Assembly: GCF_000011465.1 (NCBI RefSeq)
Contig: NC_005072.1
Location: 780,001 to 812,000, forward strand
Direction: 5' to 3'
Length of the DNA: 32,000 nucleotides
DNA from: Prochlorococcus marinus subsp. pastoris str. CCMP1986
GTDB taxonomy: Bacteria; Cyanobacteriota; Cyanobacteriia; PCC-6307; Cyanobiaceae
Shown: in pieces, positions 11,804-21,649 of the stretch
How positions within the stretch are numbered: position 1 is the stretch's first letter
Layout of the letters: each line of letters begins with the position of its first letter
Position numbers and translations under genes: made by a program
Notes under the pieces: model-generated
Databases searched by the model: none
Told to the model about the DNA's origin: nothing
The model's input: the letters and a program-made list of their open reading frames with translations, nothing else

Positions 11804-12961
11804 TTGATGAATAATTATTTAAATTTTAAAATTGTTGGTTCTGGTCCCTCTGGATTACTTTTGGCTATATCTTTAGCGAAATTAAATTTCAATATTTACA
11901 TTACAGATTTACTAACAAGAGAGAAACTAATAAATAAAGACAAAACATATGCCATTACGCATTCAACAAGAAAGATACTTTCAAAATTTAATCTTTGGAG
12001 TAAATTAAAATCTTATCTTTATAAATTTGATTCTCTTTCAATTTCAGACAGTGTAACTTCAGATTTCACAATTTTAACTACTTCTGATTTAGATAAAGAT
12101 ATTTGTTCTTTAGATACTATTGGTTGGGTAGTTAAACATTCTGATCTTATGAATGTATTTTTCGATGAGGTCGATAATGTAGATAATATATTTTTTAAAT
12201 CTTCTTTAGATCTATCTTTCAATGATATTAAATTTGATTTTGAATTTGTATCAACCGGGGCAAATCCAAACCACAAAAAAAATCGAAATTTTATAGATAT
12301 TAGAAAATCATATAATCAGTCTTGTTTAACATTTGAAGTTTTAGTTAGGGGAAATGTTCCTAGGCGCGCATATGAAATATTTAGAAAGGAAGGTCCATTA
12401 GCTTTATTACCACTAGATAAAAATAAGTATCAAATAATTTGGACAGCTACTACATCTAAATCAATGGATAGATTAAATTCAAGTAAAAGCTTTTTGTTAG
12501 ATAACTTGTCAACAATATTACCTGATAATTTTAAGTTAGATCAAATCAATAGCGATATTAATATTTTTCCTGTTTCTCTATCTTTTCGCCTGCCAATTTT
12601 TAATTTTAAAAAGGTTGTATTTGTTGGAGATTCATTTCATACCTTCCATCCTGTTGGAGGACAAGGGTTAAACACTTGTTGGAGAGATGTTAATGTCATA
12701 TATGATATTTTTAATAGAAATTTTCCTGTAAGTAATAGAGCTTTGAACATATTTAAATATAAATACTATTTTATAAGATGTTTAGATATTATTTCAACTA
12801 TTGTTGTTACAGATTCTTTAATTCAATTTTTTGCAAATAATAAATTTTTCTTATTACCTTTTAGAAAATTCTCTTTTTTACTTTTAAATAAGTTTATTTT
12901 TATGAGGAGAATCATATTAAATCATATGACTAAGTCTTTAATCTATTCTTCAATTAAATAA
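11804..12961 (+). CDS. FAD-dependent monooxygenase/hydroxylase, UbiH/VisC-like
   Basis: N-terminal dinucleotide fold (VGSGPSGLLLAISLAKL) and the second FAD motif GDSFHTFHPVGGQGLNTCWRDV. Confidence 0.88.
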   Translation: MMNNYLNFKIVGSGPSGLLLAISLAKLNFNIYITDLLTREKLINKDKTYAITHSTRKILSKFNLWSKLKSYLYKFDSLSISDSVTSDFTILTTSDLDKDICSLDTIGWVVKHSDLMNVFFDEVDNVDNIFFKSSLDLSFNDIKFDFEFVSTGANPNHKKNRNFIDIRKSYNQSCLTFEVLVRGNVPRRAYEIFRKEGPLALLPLDKNKYQIIWTATTSKSMDRLNSSKSFLLDNLSTILPDNFKLDQINSDINIFPVSLSFRLPIFNFKKVVFVGDSFHTFHPVGGQGLNTCWRDVNVIYDIFNRNFPVSNRALNIFKYKYYFIRCLDIISTIVVTDSLIQFFANNKFFLLPFRKFSFLLLNKFIFMRRIILNHMTKSLIYSSIK

Positions 12962-12966
12962 TTTCT

Positions 12967-13161
12967 ATGGATAATAATTCAAATAGAAAAATAATATTAT
13001 TTCTTATGGATGAAATTGGATTAAACGAGTCTTCGATTGAGCTAGGATTAAAGTTGTCAATTAAAAATAATACGCCACTTCCTATTCTTCTTTGGAATTA
13101 TGGAATATTAACAATTGAAGAACTGGATCAGTTTTATACATTTTTATTTCAAAGTAAATAA
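12967..13161 (+). CDS. Small DUF2949-like protein
   Basis: 64-aa ORF (ILFLMDEIGLNESSIELGLKLSIKNNTPLPILLWNYGILTIEELDQFYTFLF), in a compact co-directional run. Confidence 0.6.
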   Translation: MDNNSNRKIILFLMDEIGLNESSIELGLKLSIKNNTPLPILLWNYGILTIEELDQFYTFLFQSK

Positions 13162-13198
13162 TAAATATTCTGTTATGATCTGTAAATAGCGTTCTAAG

Positions 13199-13729
13199 TT
13201 GACCATTACTATCTTATCCAAAGGAAAACAGATATCTAGAGAATCTATACAAAGACTTGATTTACTTTTACTAGCTCTAGAAACTATTGATTTAAATGGT
13301 GCTGAATCTCTATATTCTTTATCAGTCAAACTTAATTTAAAGGAAGTCATACCTAATAAAGTTACTATTTGGAAACTAAGGAATAATAACCCAATGAGGA
13401 ATTCTTTTAATAATATCAATATTAAATTGGAGGAATTTGAAGCACTAATTAAACTTGCTTCTGAAATGGCAAAATTTTTATATCCTTACATAAGACAAAT
13501 ACTTCAATCCAGAGATGATCATATTAGAAATCCTAATGCTTGGAATGAATTTAAGAAAAGATATATTGAATTAATTAATGAAAGGTTTAATACTAATAGT
13601 ATGAAGGTCAAAAGACTTCTTGATCCTAATTGTAATGATGAGGTTTTTAATAAAATTATACTTACTTTAGCTTTGTGCGTCGCAGACGATGGTTTTCTAA
13701 AATTAAGAACAAATTTACTTAATTATTAA
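13199..13729 (+). CDS. DUF3038-like conserved cyanobacterial protein (TTG start)
   Basis: 176-aa ORF; ESIQRLDLLLLALETIDLNGAE...LRNNNPMR. The sequence at 13199-13201 is TTG. Confidence 0.65.
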   Translation: MTITILSKGKQISRESIQRLDLLLLALETIDLNGAESLYSLSVKLNLKEVIPNKVTIWKLRNNNPMRNSFNNINIKLEEFEALIKLASEMAKFLYPYIRQILQSRDDHIRNPNAWNEFKKRYIELINERFNTNSMKVKRLLDPNCNDEVFNKIILTLALCVADDGFLKLRTNLLNY

Positions 13730-13730
13730 T

Positions 13731-14351
13731 ATGTTGCAAAATAAATTTTTATTTAATCAATCTTCAGTAAGCCTTGAAATTATTGGATTGCCTGATTATT
13801 CAAATAACGAAAATAAAGACTACATATCAATTATTTCGCAATGGAAACTTATGATTATTGATAAGCCTGTTGTAGAAGGAAATTTGGAACATTTAAAGTC
13901 AATTATGAAGGCTTTTTATTATTACTCTAATTCCCTTTTAAATGATGAAAATCCAAGATATGAATCCAATTTAATTGATATTACCTCTGAGAATTTTTAT
14001 ACACATATACTTCTTTTGAAGAGTTCCAAACCTGAGGTTAAGCCTTTAAATATAAGAATTGGAAATTCAGTTTTAGCAGATACCATAAATTGTTTTGACC
14101 AATTATGTTCTTCAAATAAAGTTAAAAATATTTATCAAAAAGAATTTACAAATTTTAAAAATAAAAATCATTTAAGTTTATTGGATAAAAAAAATATCTT
14201 TAATTTTCTATTGCCTCCATTATTTTCATTATGCTCTATTTTTCTCGTTTCTACTGCCTTAATTTATGTTTATGATGGAAATGATAATAGTTCTTTAATA
14301 AATACTAAAAACAAACTTATTAGCATTAAATCCTCAAACAAGTTACTATAA
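13731..14351 (+). CDS. DUF4335-like protein with one C-terminal TM segment
   Basis: 206-aa ORF (SSVSLEIIGLPDY...) following DUF3038-like with a 1-nt gap; hydrophobic segment FSLCSIFLVSTALIYVY. Confidence 0.6.
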   Translation: MLQNKFLFNQSSVSLEIIGLPDYSNNENKDYISIISQWKLMIIDKPVVEGNLEHLKSIMKAFYYYSNSLLNDENPRYESNLIDITSENFYTHILLLKSSKPEVKPLNIRIGNSVLADTINCFDQLCSSNKVKNIYQKEFTNFKNKNHLSLLDKKNIFNFLLPPLFSLCSIFLVSTALIYVYDGNDNSSLINTKNKLISIKSSNKLL

Positions 14352-14418
14352 AAAATAATTCTTATTTGAGAATTATTTTTGATTTTTTAGTTTGATTTAT
14401 TAGTTTGATTTTTTATAA

Positions 14419-14787
14419 ATGGCCGATTTAAAAATACCTAATTTGAATAAGAATTCTGATAAATATTTTTTTAAAAAAAAGTTATCTTTGAGAAGAAAGT
14501 CTAAAAGTAAATTGATAAATGAATCTTTTATTATGATTTTTTTTAGTGCCTTAATATTTTATCTAATTTATTTAATCCCGAATAAAATCTCAATTTTTAA
14601 AAACTTATTTATTAATTTTAGTAAATTGTTTGCCAACTTTTTAGACTCAATCTCATATATTTATGAAATTTGTTTATCTATATTTATTATATTTTCATTA
14701 ATATTTTCCTTAATTTTATTTATAGGCTCATTTTCAAGAATACTAAAAGTAGTAAAAAGAAAAACTAGCCGATTAAACCTTAAATAG
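14419..14787 (+). CDS. Hypothetical membrane protein, basic termini
   Basis: 122-aa ORF with two hydrophobic helices (FIMIFFSALIFYLIYLI and ICLSIFIIFSLIFSLILFIGSF). Confidence 0.55.
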   Translation: MADLKIPNLNKNSDKYFFKKKLSLRRKSKSKLINESFIMIFFSALIFYLIYLIPNKISIFKNLFINFSKLFANFLDSISYIYEICLSIFIIFSLIFSLILFIGSFSRILKVVKRKTSRLNLK

Positions 14788-14941
14788 GGTTCATTAAACC
14801 GCCACTTCCAGAATCTGAATCATCGTCATCATTTTCAGTTTCGAATCCTAGTAAAGCGTATATACCAACTGCTACAGATGAAATTAATAAAGTAAAAGGT
14901 AAAATCGAAGTTTGTAATCCGACATCAATGTATTCACCCAT
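14780..14941 (-). CDS. 53-aa single-TM protein with an acidic Asp/Ser/Gly tail, absent from the ORF track
   Basis: Reverse-strand frame 14941 to stop at 14780-14782: MGEYIDVGLQTSILPFTLLISSVAVGIYALLGFETENDDDDSDSGSGGLMNPI. Overlaps the 3' end of the convergent ORF by 8 nt. Confidence 0.65.
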   Translation of the reverse strand: MGEYIDVGLQTSILPFTLLISSVAVGIYALLGFETENDDDDSDSGSGGLMNPI

Positions 14942-15014
14942 TTAATAAAAAAATTTTTTATTAACCTAACCGAAATTTCACTTATCCGCGGTTATTAAAT
15001 ATTTATTTAATGTT

Positions 15015-18000
15015 TTAGATCTTTGTAACGGAAGTTTCTTTATCAAAGTTATTTATTTCTTTTACAAAAAGTCCTAACCAATAGATTAACTGATCAATTT
15101 GATTTTGAATATCTGTGACACCTAATCCTCTAATAATTATTTTTGAGAACTGATCATCTTCTTCATAATTAAATTTTGATTGAATATTTGATGGTAAACC
15201 TTTTTTAATAAGTTTGAATGTAGAGTTTTTTAGCCTAGTTTCTATTATTACATTTGGTTTTTTAAGTTTAATTTTATTAAAGCCACACTTTTTTGCTAAC
15301 AATTTTAACTTCATTAACAATATTAAGGATTCTACAGGTTTGGGTAAAACTCCATACCTATTTGTCCAGTCAGTTGCTAGCTCTGTAAGCTCTTTGTGAT
15401 TGGTACATTCGGTAGCATATTTATAAGCATCTAGTTTCTCTTCTCGGTTTAATATCCATGTTCCTGGTATAAAAGCATTAATTGGCAAATCAACTTGCGT
15501 ATCATTGACTTCTGGTACTTCTTGACCATTTATTTCTGAGATTGCTTCATGAAGCATTTCAATATATAAGTCATATCCTATGGCATTAACTTTTCCACTT
15601 TGCTCTTCGCCTAATAAGCTCCCAACACCTCTTATTTCCATATCTTTCATGGCTAGTTGATATCCACTTCCTAGTTCAGAGAAATCTTTTATAGCCTTTA
15701 ACCTTTGCTTAGAGGCTTCATTAATTTTGTTTATATTTGGATAAAATAGCCATGCATGAGCTTGTATTCCACTTCTTCCGACTCTTCCACGTAATTGATA
15801 AAGTTGTGAAAGACCAAATTTATGTGAATCTTCGATTACGATTGTGTTTACTCTAGGTATATCTAATCCGCTTTCAATAATTGTAGTGCAAATCATTAGA
15901 TCAACCTCGCCATTATTAAATGCAATCATTGCATTTTCAAGATCTATTTCATTCATCTGTCCATGAGCGACAATGTACTTTAAATCTTTAAACATATTTT
16001 TTAATTTATTAACCGCTTGATCAATATCAGATATTCTTGGAAGAACATAGAAAATTTGACCACCTCTATCAAGTTCTTGACTTATCGCAGTTCTGATTAC
16101 ATCCATATCAATTTCAGATAAATACGTTTTAATCGATCTTCTAGATGGCGGTGGAGTATTTAATAAACTCATTTGTCTAAGGCCAGACAAACTCATATAC
16201 AGAGTTCTTGGGATTGGTGTGGCTGAAAGAGTTAAAACGTCAATATTTGTTTTTATATTTTTTATTTTTTCTTTTTGCCTAACTCCAAATCTTTGTTCTT
16301 CGTCAATAACAAGTAATCCTAAGTTTTTAATTTCGATCTCTTTTCCTAAAATTTGATGAGTAGCTACAACTAAGTCAATTTTATTATTTTTTAAACCATT
16401 ATAAATATCTTTTTTCTCAGTATTTGTTTTAAATCTGTTCAGTAGAGAAACTTTTATTGGGTAAGGAGAAAATCTATTATAAAAAGTTCTCCAGTGTTGT
16501 TGAGCTAAAATTGTTGTTGGAGCAAGTAAGATTACCTGCTTACCAGATGTAATTGCTTTAAAAATTGCTCTTACGGCTACTTCTGTTTTTCCGAACCCGA
16601 CGTCTCCACAAACTAATCTATCCATTGGCTTATCGCTTTCCATATCAATTTTTACTTCTTTAACAGCTGTTATTTGATCTGGAGTAGCTTGATAAGGGAA
16701 TGACTCTTCTAACTCTTTTTGCCAAGGCCCATCTTCTGGGAATATATGACCTTTAAGTTTTTCCCTTTTTGCGTAAAGTTTTAAAATGTCTAAGGCAACT
16801 TTTTTTATTATTTTTCTATTTTTATCTTTTATTTTTAACCATTCTGTGCCTCCTAATTTATTTATTCTAGGCTTTATTTTTCCACTAGATCTATATCTGT
16901 TTATACTCCCAAGTTGATCAGCTGCAACGCTTATTTTTCCATCAAGATAACGAATGACTAAGTAGTCTCTTGATTCACCGGTAATGTTTATTTTTTCTAT
17001 TTTTAAAAATTGTCCAATACCATGGTTTTTATGAACTATATAATCTCCTGGATTTATTTTATTTACATTTATATTTGAATTTACACTCCTTTTTCTTTTT
17101 CTTATAAATACATTATTAAATAAAGCTTGCTGAGAAAATAATTCTTTGTCTGTTATTAGAATTACTTTCCATATCGGCAAATAAAATCCTTCTATTTCAT
17201 AATTATTTTTATTTTTAATAATTACTGGTGTCGAATTTTCAATTAACTTATGCGCGCTTTCAAGATCGTTGGGTTTGTCTAAGTAAGTTGTATTACATTC
17301 ATGCTCAAAAAATAAACTTTTTGTTCGTAGTGGCTGCGCTGATAATATCCAGACTTTATCTTTATTTAATATAAATTTATTTATTTCTTTTGAAAGTTTG
17401 CCAATATGTTTAGAAGAGGTATTAATGCGTTTATCTGACAAAAGAAATCTATTATCTAAATTTCTTTTTGACTCGAATTCATATAAATTTATTACATTAT
17501 AATTACTAAAAGTTTTTATAATTGATTCAAATTTTTCGTGAAGATTAGATTTAACTTTTATATTTATATTATTAGATTTTAAGTTGTTGGCGATTTCATC
17601 TTTATGTAGTTCAAAATTATTATCTGATTCAAGACACCAATTATTAGAAAATTTATTACATTCCTCTTTTTCGTCGATGACAATTAATGTTTCTTTATTT
17701 ATGTAATCTAATAGGTTTGATGGATGTTCCTCAATTACCCCCAAGTATCTATCAAGATTATTCTTAGTTGTTATTTCTTCTGAATTAAATGTACCTTGTT
17801 CTGATAAATTTTCTAAGCTTTTTCTTATTAATAAATTAAAGCCGACTTGTACAATTTCAACCTTATTAACACTATCTAATGTTCTTTGTGATACTGGATC
17901 ATATTCTCGTATTTTATCAATAATATTATCAAAGTATTCTATTCTTACAGGCAGTTCATTATTAACTGGATAAATATCAATAATTTCTCCTCTTCTACTC

Positions 18001-18530
18001 CATGACCCTTCTTGCGAAGTTAAATTTTCTTTATTATAGCCGAGTAAAACTAACTTTTTTGTTAACTCTTTTATGTCTAGTTCATTTCCCTTAATTAGTG
18101 TAAATATATTTTCCTTAAATTGATTAATTTTAATTAAATGAGGTTGTAGGGATCGTTCAGTTGTTATTATTATGTTTAATTCTTTTCTTTCTTTTTTAAT
18201 AATTTTAGAGATAACTGATAACTGTGAATATTCAGTCTCCTTTGACCTGTTAATTGAAGCATATGGCAAATTTTCACTTGGAGGATAATATAATACATTT
18301 CTATTATCTATACTATCGAAATATCCATACCATTTGTAGGCAATTTCCTCGTTAGGACTTATAAGTAAGATATCTTTATTTTCTTTATTAGCAATACTAT
18401 TTATAATAATTGATTTTGCATATCTACTGGAGCCAATGATGTTTAGTTCATTATTATGTTTAATTCTTTTTACTAACTCTATTATTATTTGTGAATTTGA
18501 AATATAACTAATTAATGAATTTAAACTCAT
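15015..18530 (-). CDS. mfd: Transcription-repair coupling factor
   Basis: 1171-aa protein: DYIVHKNHGIGQFLKIEKI (RNAP-interaction domain), LVCGDVGFGKTEVAVRA, LLVIDEEQRFGVRQKE, LTLSATPIPRTLYMSL, QLYQLRGRVGRS. Confidence 0.98.
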   Translation of the reverse strand: MSLNSLISYISNSQIIIELVKRIKHNNELNIIGSSRYAKSIIINSIANKENKDILLISPNEEIAYKWYGYFDSIDNRNVLYYPPSENLPYASINRSKETEYSQLSVISKIIKKERKELNIIITTERSLQPHLIKINQFKENIFTLIKGNELDIKELTKKLVLLGYNKENLTSQEGSWSRRGEIIDIYPVNNELPVRIEYFDNIIDKIREYDPVSQRTLDSVNKVEIVQVGFNLLIRKSLENLSEQGTFNSEEITTKNNLDRYLGVIEEHPSNLLDYINKETLIVIDEKEECNKFSNNWCLESDNNFELHKDEIANNLKSNNINIKVKSNLHEKFESIIKTFSNYNVINLYEFESKRNLDNRFLLSDKRINTSSKHIGKLSKEINKFILNKDKVWILSAQPLRTKSLFFEHECNTTYLDKPNDLESAHKLIENSTPVIIKNKNNYEIEGFYLPIWKVILITDKELFSQQALFNNVFIRKRKRSVNSNINVNKINPGDYIVHKNHGIGQFLKIEKINITGESRDYLVIRYLDGKISVAADQLGSINRYRSSGKIKPRINKLGGTEWLKIKDKNRKIIKKVALDILKLYAKREKLKGHIFPEDGPWQKELEESFPYQATPDQITAVKEVKIDMESDKPMDRLVCGDVGFGKTEVAVRAIFKAITSGKQVILLAPTTILAQQHWRTFYNRFSPYPIKVSLLNRFKTNTEKKDIYNGLKNNKIDLVVATHQILGKEIEIKNLGLLVIDEEQRFGVRQKEKIKNIKTNIDVLTLSATPIPRTLYMSLSGLRQMSLLNTPPPSRRSIKTYLSEIDMDVIRTAISQELDRGGQIFYVLPRISDIDQAVNKLKNMFKDLKYIVAHGQMNEIDLENAMIAFNNGEVDLMICTTIIESGLDIPRVNTIVIEDSHKFGLSQLYQLRGRVGRSGIQAHAWLFYPNINKINEASKQRLKAIKDFSELGSGYQLAMKDMEIRGVGSLLGEEQSGKVNAIGYDLYIEMLHEAISEINGQEVPEVNDTQVDLPINAFIPGTWILNREEKLDAYKYATECTNHKELTELATDWTNRYGVLPKPVESLILLMKLKLLAKKCGFNKIKLKKPNVIIETRLKNSTFKLIKKGLPSNIQSKFNYEEDDQFSKIIIRGLGVTDIQNQIDQLIYWLGLFVKEINNFDKETSVTKI

Positions 18531-18604
18531 TTATATTTAATTAACTTGATTACTACTTAAGGTTATATTATATTATATTTTACAAAGATTGTGAATAATA
18601 ATTA

Positions 18605-19315
18605 ATGGATTCTGCTGCAATAAATTCCTTTATACCAACGCTTGATCAAGTTGATAGTTGGTCAGAAATTTTTACACTTTTACCTATCTTGATTATTTTA
18701 GAATTATTGCTATCGGCAGATAACGCGATTGCTTTGGCATCGCTTACTAAATCTCTTGATAGTCCTTTATTAAGATCTAAAGCTTTAAATATAGGCATAA
18801 CTATTTCTTTATTATTCAGAATATTTCTTATTCTCCTATCAAATATTCTTCTGAAATTTATAATAATTCGCATATTTGCAGGTTTATATCTTATTTATTT
18901 ATTTATATCAAATGTGTTTTTTAATAGCGAGTCCGACACTCAAGAAACAGACAATGATAAAAAGAATAATAATTTTAAATTTCTAAAGATTGTTGCTTTG
19001 CTTTCTTTGACTGATTTCGCCTTTTCAATTGACAGCATTACAACAGCTGTTGCTATAAGTGATCAATATATTCTTATTATTTTTGGAGCAATTATAGGTG
19101 TATTAGCATTACGATTTACTTCAGGTATATTTCTTAATCTTTTAGAGAAATTTGTAAGATTAGAAACTGCTGGTTACATTGCTATATTAATTGTTGGGAT
19201 AAAGCTTCTTCTAAATACATTAATTACTGAGACAATTCTTCCAGATTATTATTTTTATATTTTGATATTAATTTCTTTCATTTGGGGTTTATCCAAAAGG
19301 GATCAAATAATTTAG
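18605..19315 (+). CDS. TerC-family integral membrane protein
   Basis: LELLLSADNAIALASL and LTDFAFSIDSITTAVAIS acidic-residue motifs within hydrophobic helices. Confidence 0.88.
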   Translation: MDSAAINSFIPTLDQVDSWSEIFTLLPILIILELLLSADNAIALASLTKSLDSPLLRSKALNIGITISLLFRIFLILLSNILLKFIIIRIFAGLYLIYLFISNVFFNSESDTQETDNDKKNNNFKFLKIVALLSLTDFAFSIDSITTAVAISDQYILIIFGAIIGVLALRFTSGIFLNLLEKFVRLETAGYIAILIVGIKLLLNTLITETILPDYYFYILILISFIWGLSKRDQII

Positions 19316-20298
19316 TCAGAAAAATTTTCTCCAATTACAGGATTTAATTGTTGTATCAATTGATTTTGACTTGATACTTTTTTACCTTCTAGTTTTGCTT
19401 CTAATAAAAGAATTGGATCAGTTTTTGTTGTTATGATAATTCCTACATTTTTTATAAGTCCAATTATTAATCCAGGTTTAAATACATTACTTAAAATTTT
19501 ATAATTTTTATTGTGTATTTCATGAGTTGTTAGGATCTTTATTTTTATTATTTTGAGGTTTTTCCTTTTATAAGTTGTATTGGCTCTTGGGTATAAGGCA
19601 TTTATTTTTCTATAAATATCAGTTGCAGAATTTTCCCAATTTATTATGTAATCTAATTTGTTAATCATTCGTGCATATTTTAATTCTCGTTTAAAATCTG
19701 TTTGTTTTTTAAGTAAAAGATTAATATCTCTATTTTTATTTTGTTCTATATCTGATATCGCTCTCAAAAATAACTCTGATGATAAATCACTTAATTTTTT
19801 AGTTAAGGTTTTAAGATTATCATTATTCTCAATTTTAATTTGTTTTTCAACTAATACGTCCCCAGTATCTAATCCTTCTTCCATTCTCATTATTCCTACA
19901 CCAGTTATTTTGTCTCCCTCTAATATTGACCATTGAATTGGTGCAGCACCCCTCCATCTTGGAAGTAGTGATGCATGTGCATTCCATGATTTGTATTTAG
20001 GAATATCCAATATCGCCTTGGGTAATATCTTTCCATATGCAATTACAATAAAAAGATCACAAGATAAATCGTTAAGTATGCTAATAAATTGAATATTTTC
20101 CTTTATTGTTTCTGGTGTAAATACTGGAATATTTTCCTTAGTAGCATATTCCTTCACTGGTGATGATATTAACTTATTACCTCTAGATCTTTTTTTATCT
20201 GGTTGGGTAATTACAGCAACAATATCATGATCTGATTTCTTTAATACTTCAAGACTTTTAACTGAATATTCAGGCGTACCCCAAAATATAATTCTCAC
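19312..20298 (-). CDS. fmt: Methionyl-tRNA formyltransferase
   Basis: MRIIFWGTPEYSVKSLEVL, VIAYGKILPKAIL, NAHASLLPRWRGAAPIQWSILEGD. Confidence 0.97.
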   Translation of the reverse strand: MRIIFWGTPEYSVKSLEVLKKSDHDIVAVITQPDKKRSRGNKLISSPVKEYATKENIPVFTPETIKENIQFISILNDLSCDLFIVIAYGKILPKAILDIPKYKSWNAHASLLPRWRGAAPIQWSILEGDKITGVGIMRMEEGLDTGDVLVEKQIKIENNDNLKTLTKKLSDLSSELFLRAISDIEQNKNRDINLLLKKQTDFKRELKYARMINKLDYIINWENSATDIYRKINALYPRANTTYKRKNLKIIKIKILTTHEIHNKNYKILSNVFKPGLIIGLIKNVGIIITTKTDPILLLEAKLEGKKVSSQNQLIQQLNPVIGENFSD

Positions 20299-21647
20299 TC
20301 GTCACCGGTTATAGATAATTCATTAATCCATACATGTGGAGAAATTCCACTTGTAGTTAATTCTTTTTCATTTTCAATATTTATTATATTTTTTAGAAGA
20401 TACTTTATATCTCCTGCTACAGTTGCTGATTCAATTGAACGTTTTTCCCCATTTCTATAAAGCCATCCTTCAAAAGGAAGAGAGAAGGAACCTTGACTAG
20501 CTTTAACTCCTGCATGAATTGCGTTTAATTCTTCAATATATACAAAATCTCCTTGATAATTTGTGTGTACCAAAAACTTGTTTAAGTTCGAACATTCATT
20601 AGATTTTTCAATTACTAACCAATCTGGAGAAACTGATACTTTTGAACCAAGTCCAGCATGCCCTGTGGGTATGGTATTAAAAATTTTTGCAGTTGATTCC
20701 GAATGAAGAAAGTTTTCTAATTTACCTTTATTAATTAACATCAGTTTTTTTGTTGGAGTCCCTTCACCATCGAATGGTGCAGAAGATATATTTTTATCAT
20801 TAAGCCCATCATCATAGATATTCAAAGCTGGAATTGAAATCAATTCACCAATCGAGTTTTTATCTGAAAGACTTACACCGTCAATAATACTTCTAGCATT
20901 GAAGATAGAACTAAATGCATTCATTAACGTTAGAAATGCTTCAGGTGATAGACAGATTAAATACTTATCTGTTTTTATTGATGAGTAATCTAAATGTGCA
21001 ATTGTTTTCTTTGCTGCTTCTTTGATACAGGATTCAATATCAATGTCTTCAACACCGTATCCTAGTTTCACTGAACCTGAACTACGAGGTTTTTTATCTT
21101 GTTCTTCTGCTCTCGCATATAAATATATAGCAGCTTGACTTTTACTATAATTTCGAAATGCTCCATCACTATTGGCATAAATTCTTTCATAAAAACTTTC
21201 TGACAATCCGTTGTAAGGAATAGATTTAATAGCCTCATGACTATCGATTAGCTTCGATTCAGCCTCTCTGAGAATTTTAAGCAGCTTTTTTATTCCTAAC
21301 GGATTTTTTTTATCAACTTCTTTTACATGTATAGGATCTTTGGCTAAGGGAGAAAAATCAGTAAATTCATTTTTGTTCCCAAATTCTGAAGCAATATTTG
21401 CTTGTCTTAAAGCTTTTTTAATACCTGTTTCACTTAGATCACTTGTGGTAGTGATACCAACTAAGTTGTCTTTATTCCAAACTCTTAAAGTTATGACCTG
21501 TTTTTGAGATGCTTTTAACTGTTTCGCTGCTCCTCTATCAACTTGAACAGAATAATCATTAGAAAAACTAGCACCGTAATCCCATTTATCAATGTTTAAT
21601 AAATTTGCAGCCTTTGATATTTGAGTTGTTATTTCTGTAGGATTCAC
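20295..21647 (-). CDS. TldE/PmbA-family protein
   Basis: PmbA-type architecture, non-metal-binding partner of TldD, immediately downstream of the tldD homologue; GLGSKVSVSPDWLVI, PFEGWLYRNGEKRSIESATVAG. Confidence 0.88.
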   Translation of the reverse strand: MNPTEITTQISKAANLLNIDKWDYGASFSNDYSVQVDRGAAKQLKASQKQVITLRVWNKDNLVGITTTSDLSETGIKKALRQANIASEFGNKNEFTDFSPLAKDPIHVKEVDKKNPLGIKKLLKILREAESKLIDSHEAIKSIPYNGLSESFYERIYANSDGAFRNYSKSQAAIYLYARAEEQDKKPRSSGSVKLGYGVEDIDIESCIKEAAKKTIAHLDYSSIKTDKYLICLSPEAFLTLMNAFSSIFNARSIIDGVSLSDKNSIGELISIPALNIYDDGLNDKNISSAPFDGEGTPTKKLMLINKGKLENFLHSESTAKIFNTIPTGHAGLGSKVSVSPDWLVIEKSNECSNLNKFLVHTNYQGDFVYIEELNAIHAGVKASQGSFSLPFEGWLYRNGEKRSIESATVAGDIKYLLKNIINIENEKELTTSGISPHVWINELSITGDE

Positions 21648-21649
21648 TT

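Noticed and set aside
10553-13419. Minus-strand ORFs 10553..10747, 12019..12276 and 13144..13419
   Set aside because: Antisense to dapB, the monooxygenase and DUF3038-like genes; no family features of their own.
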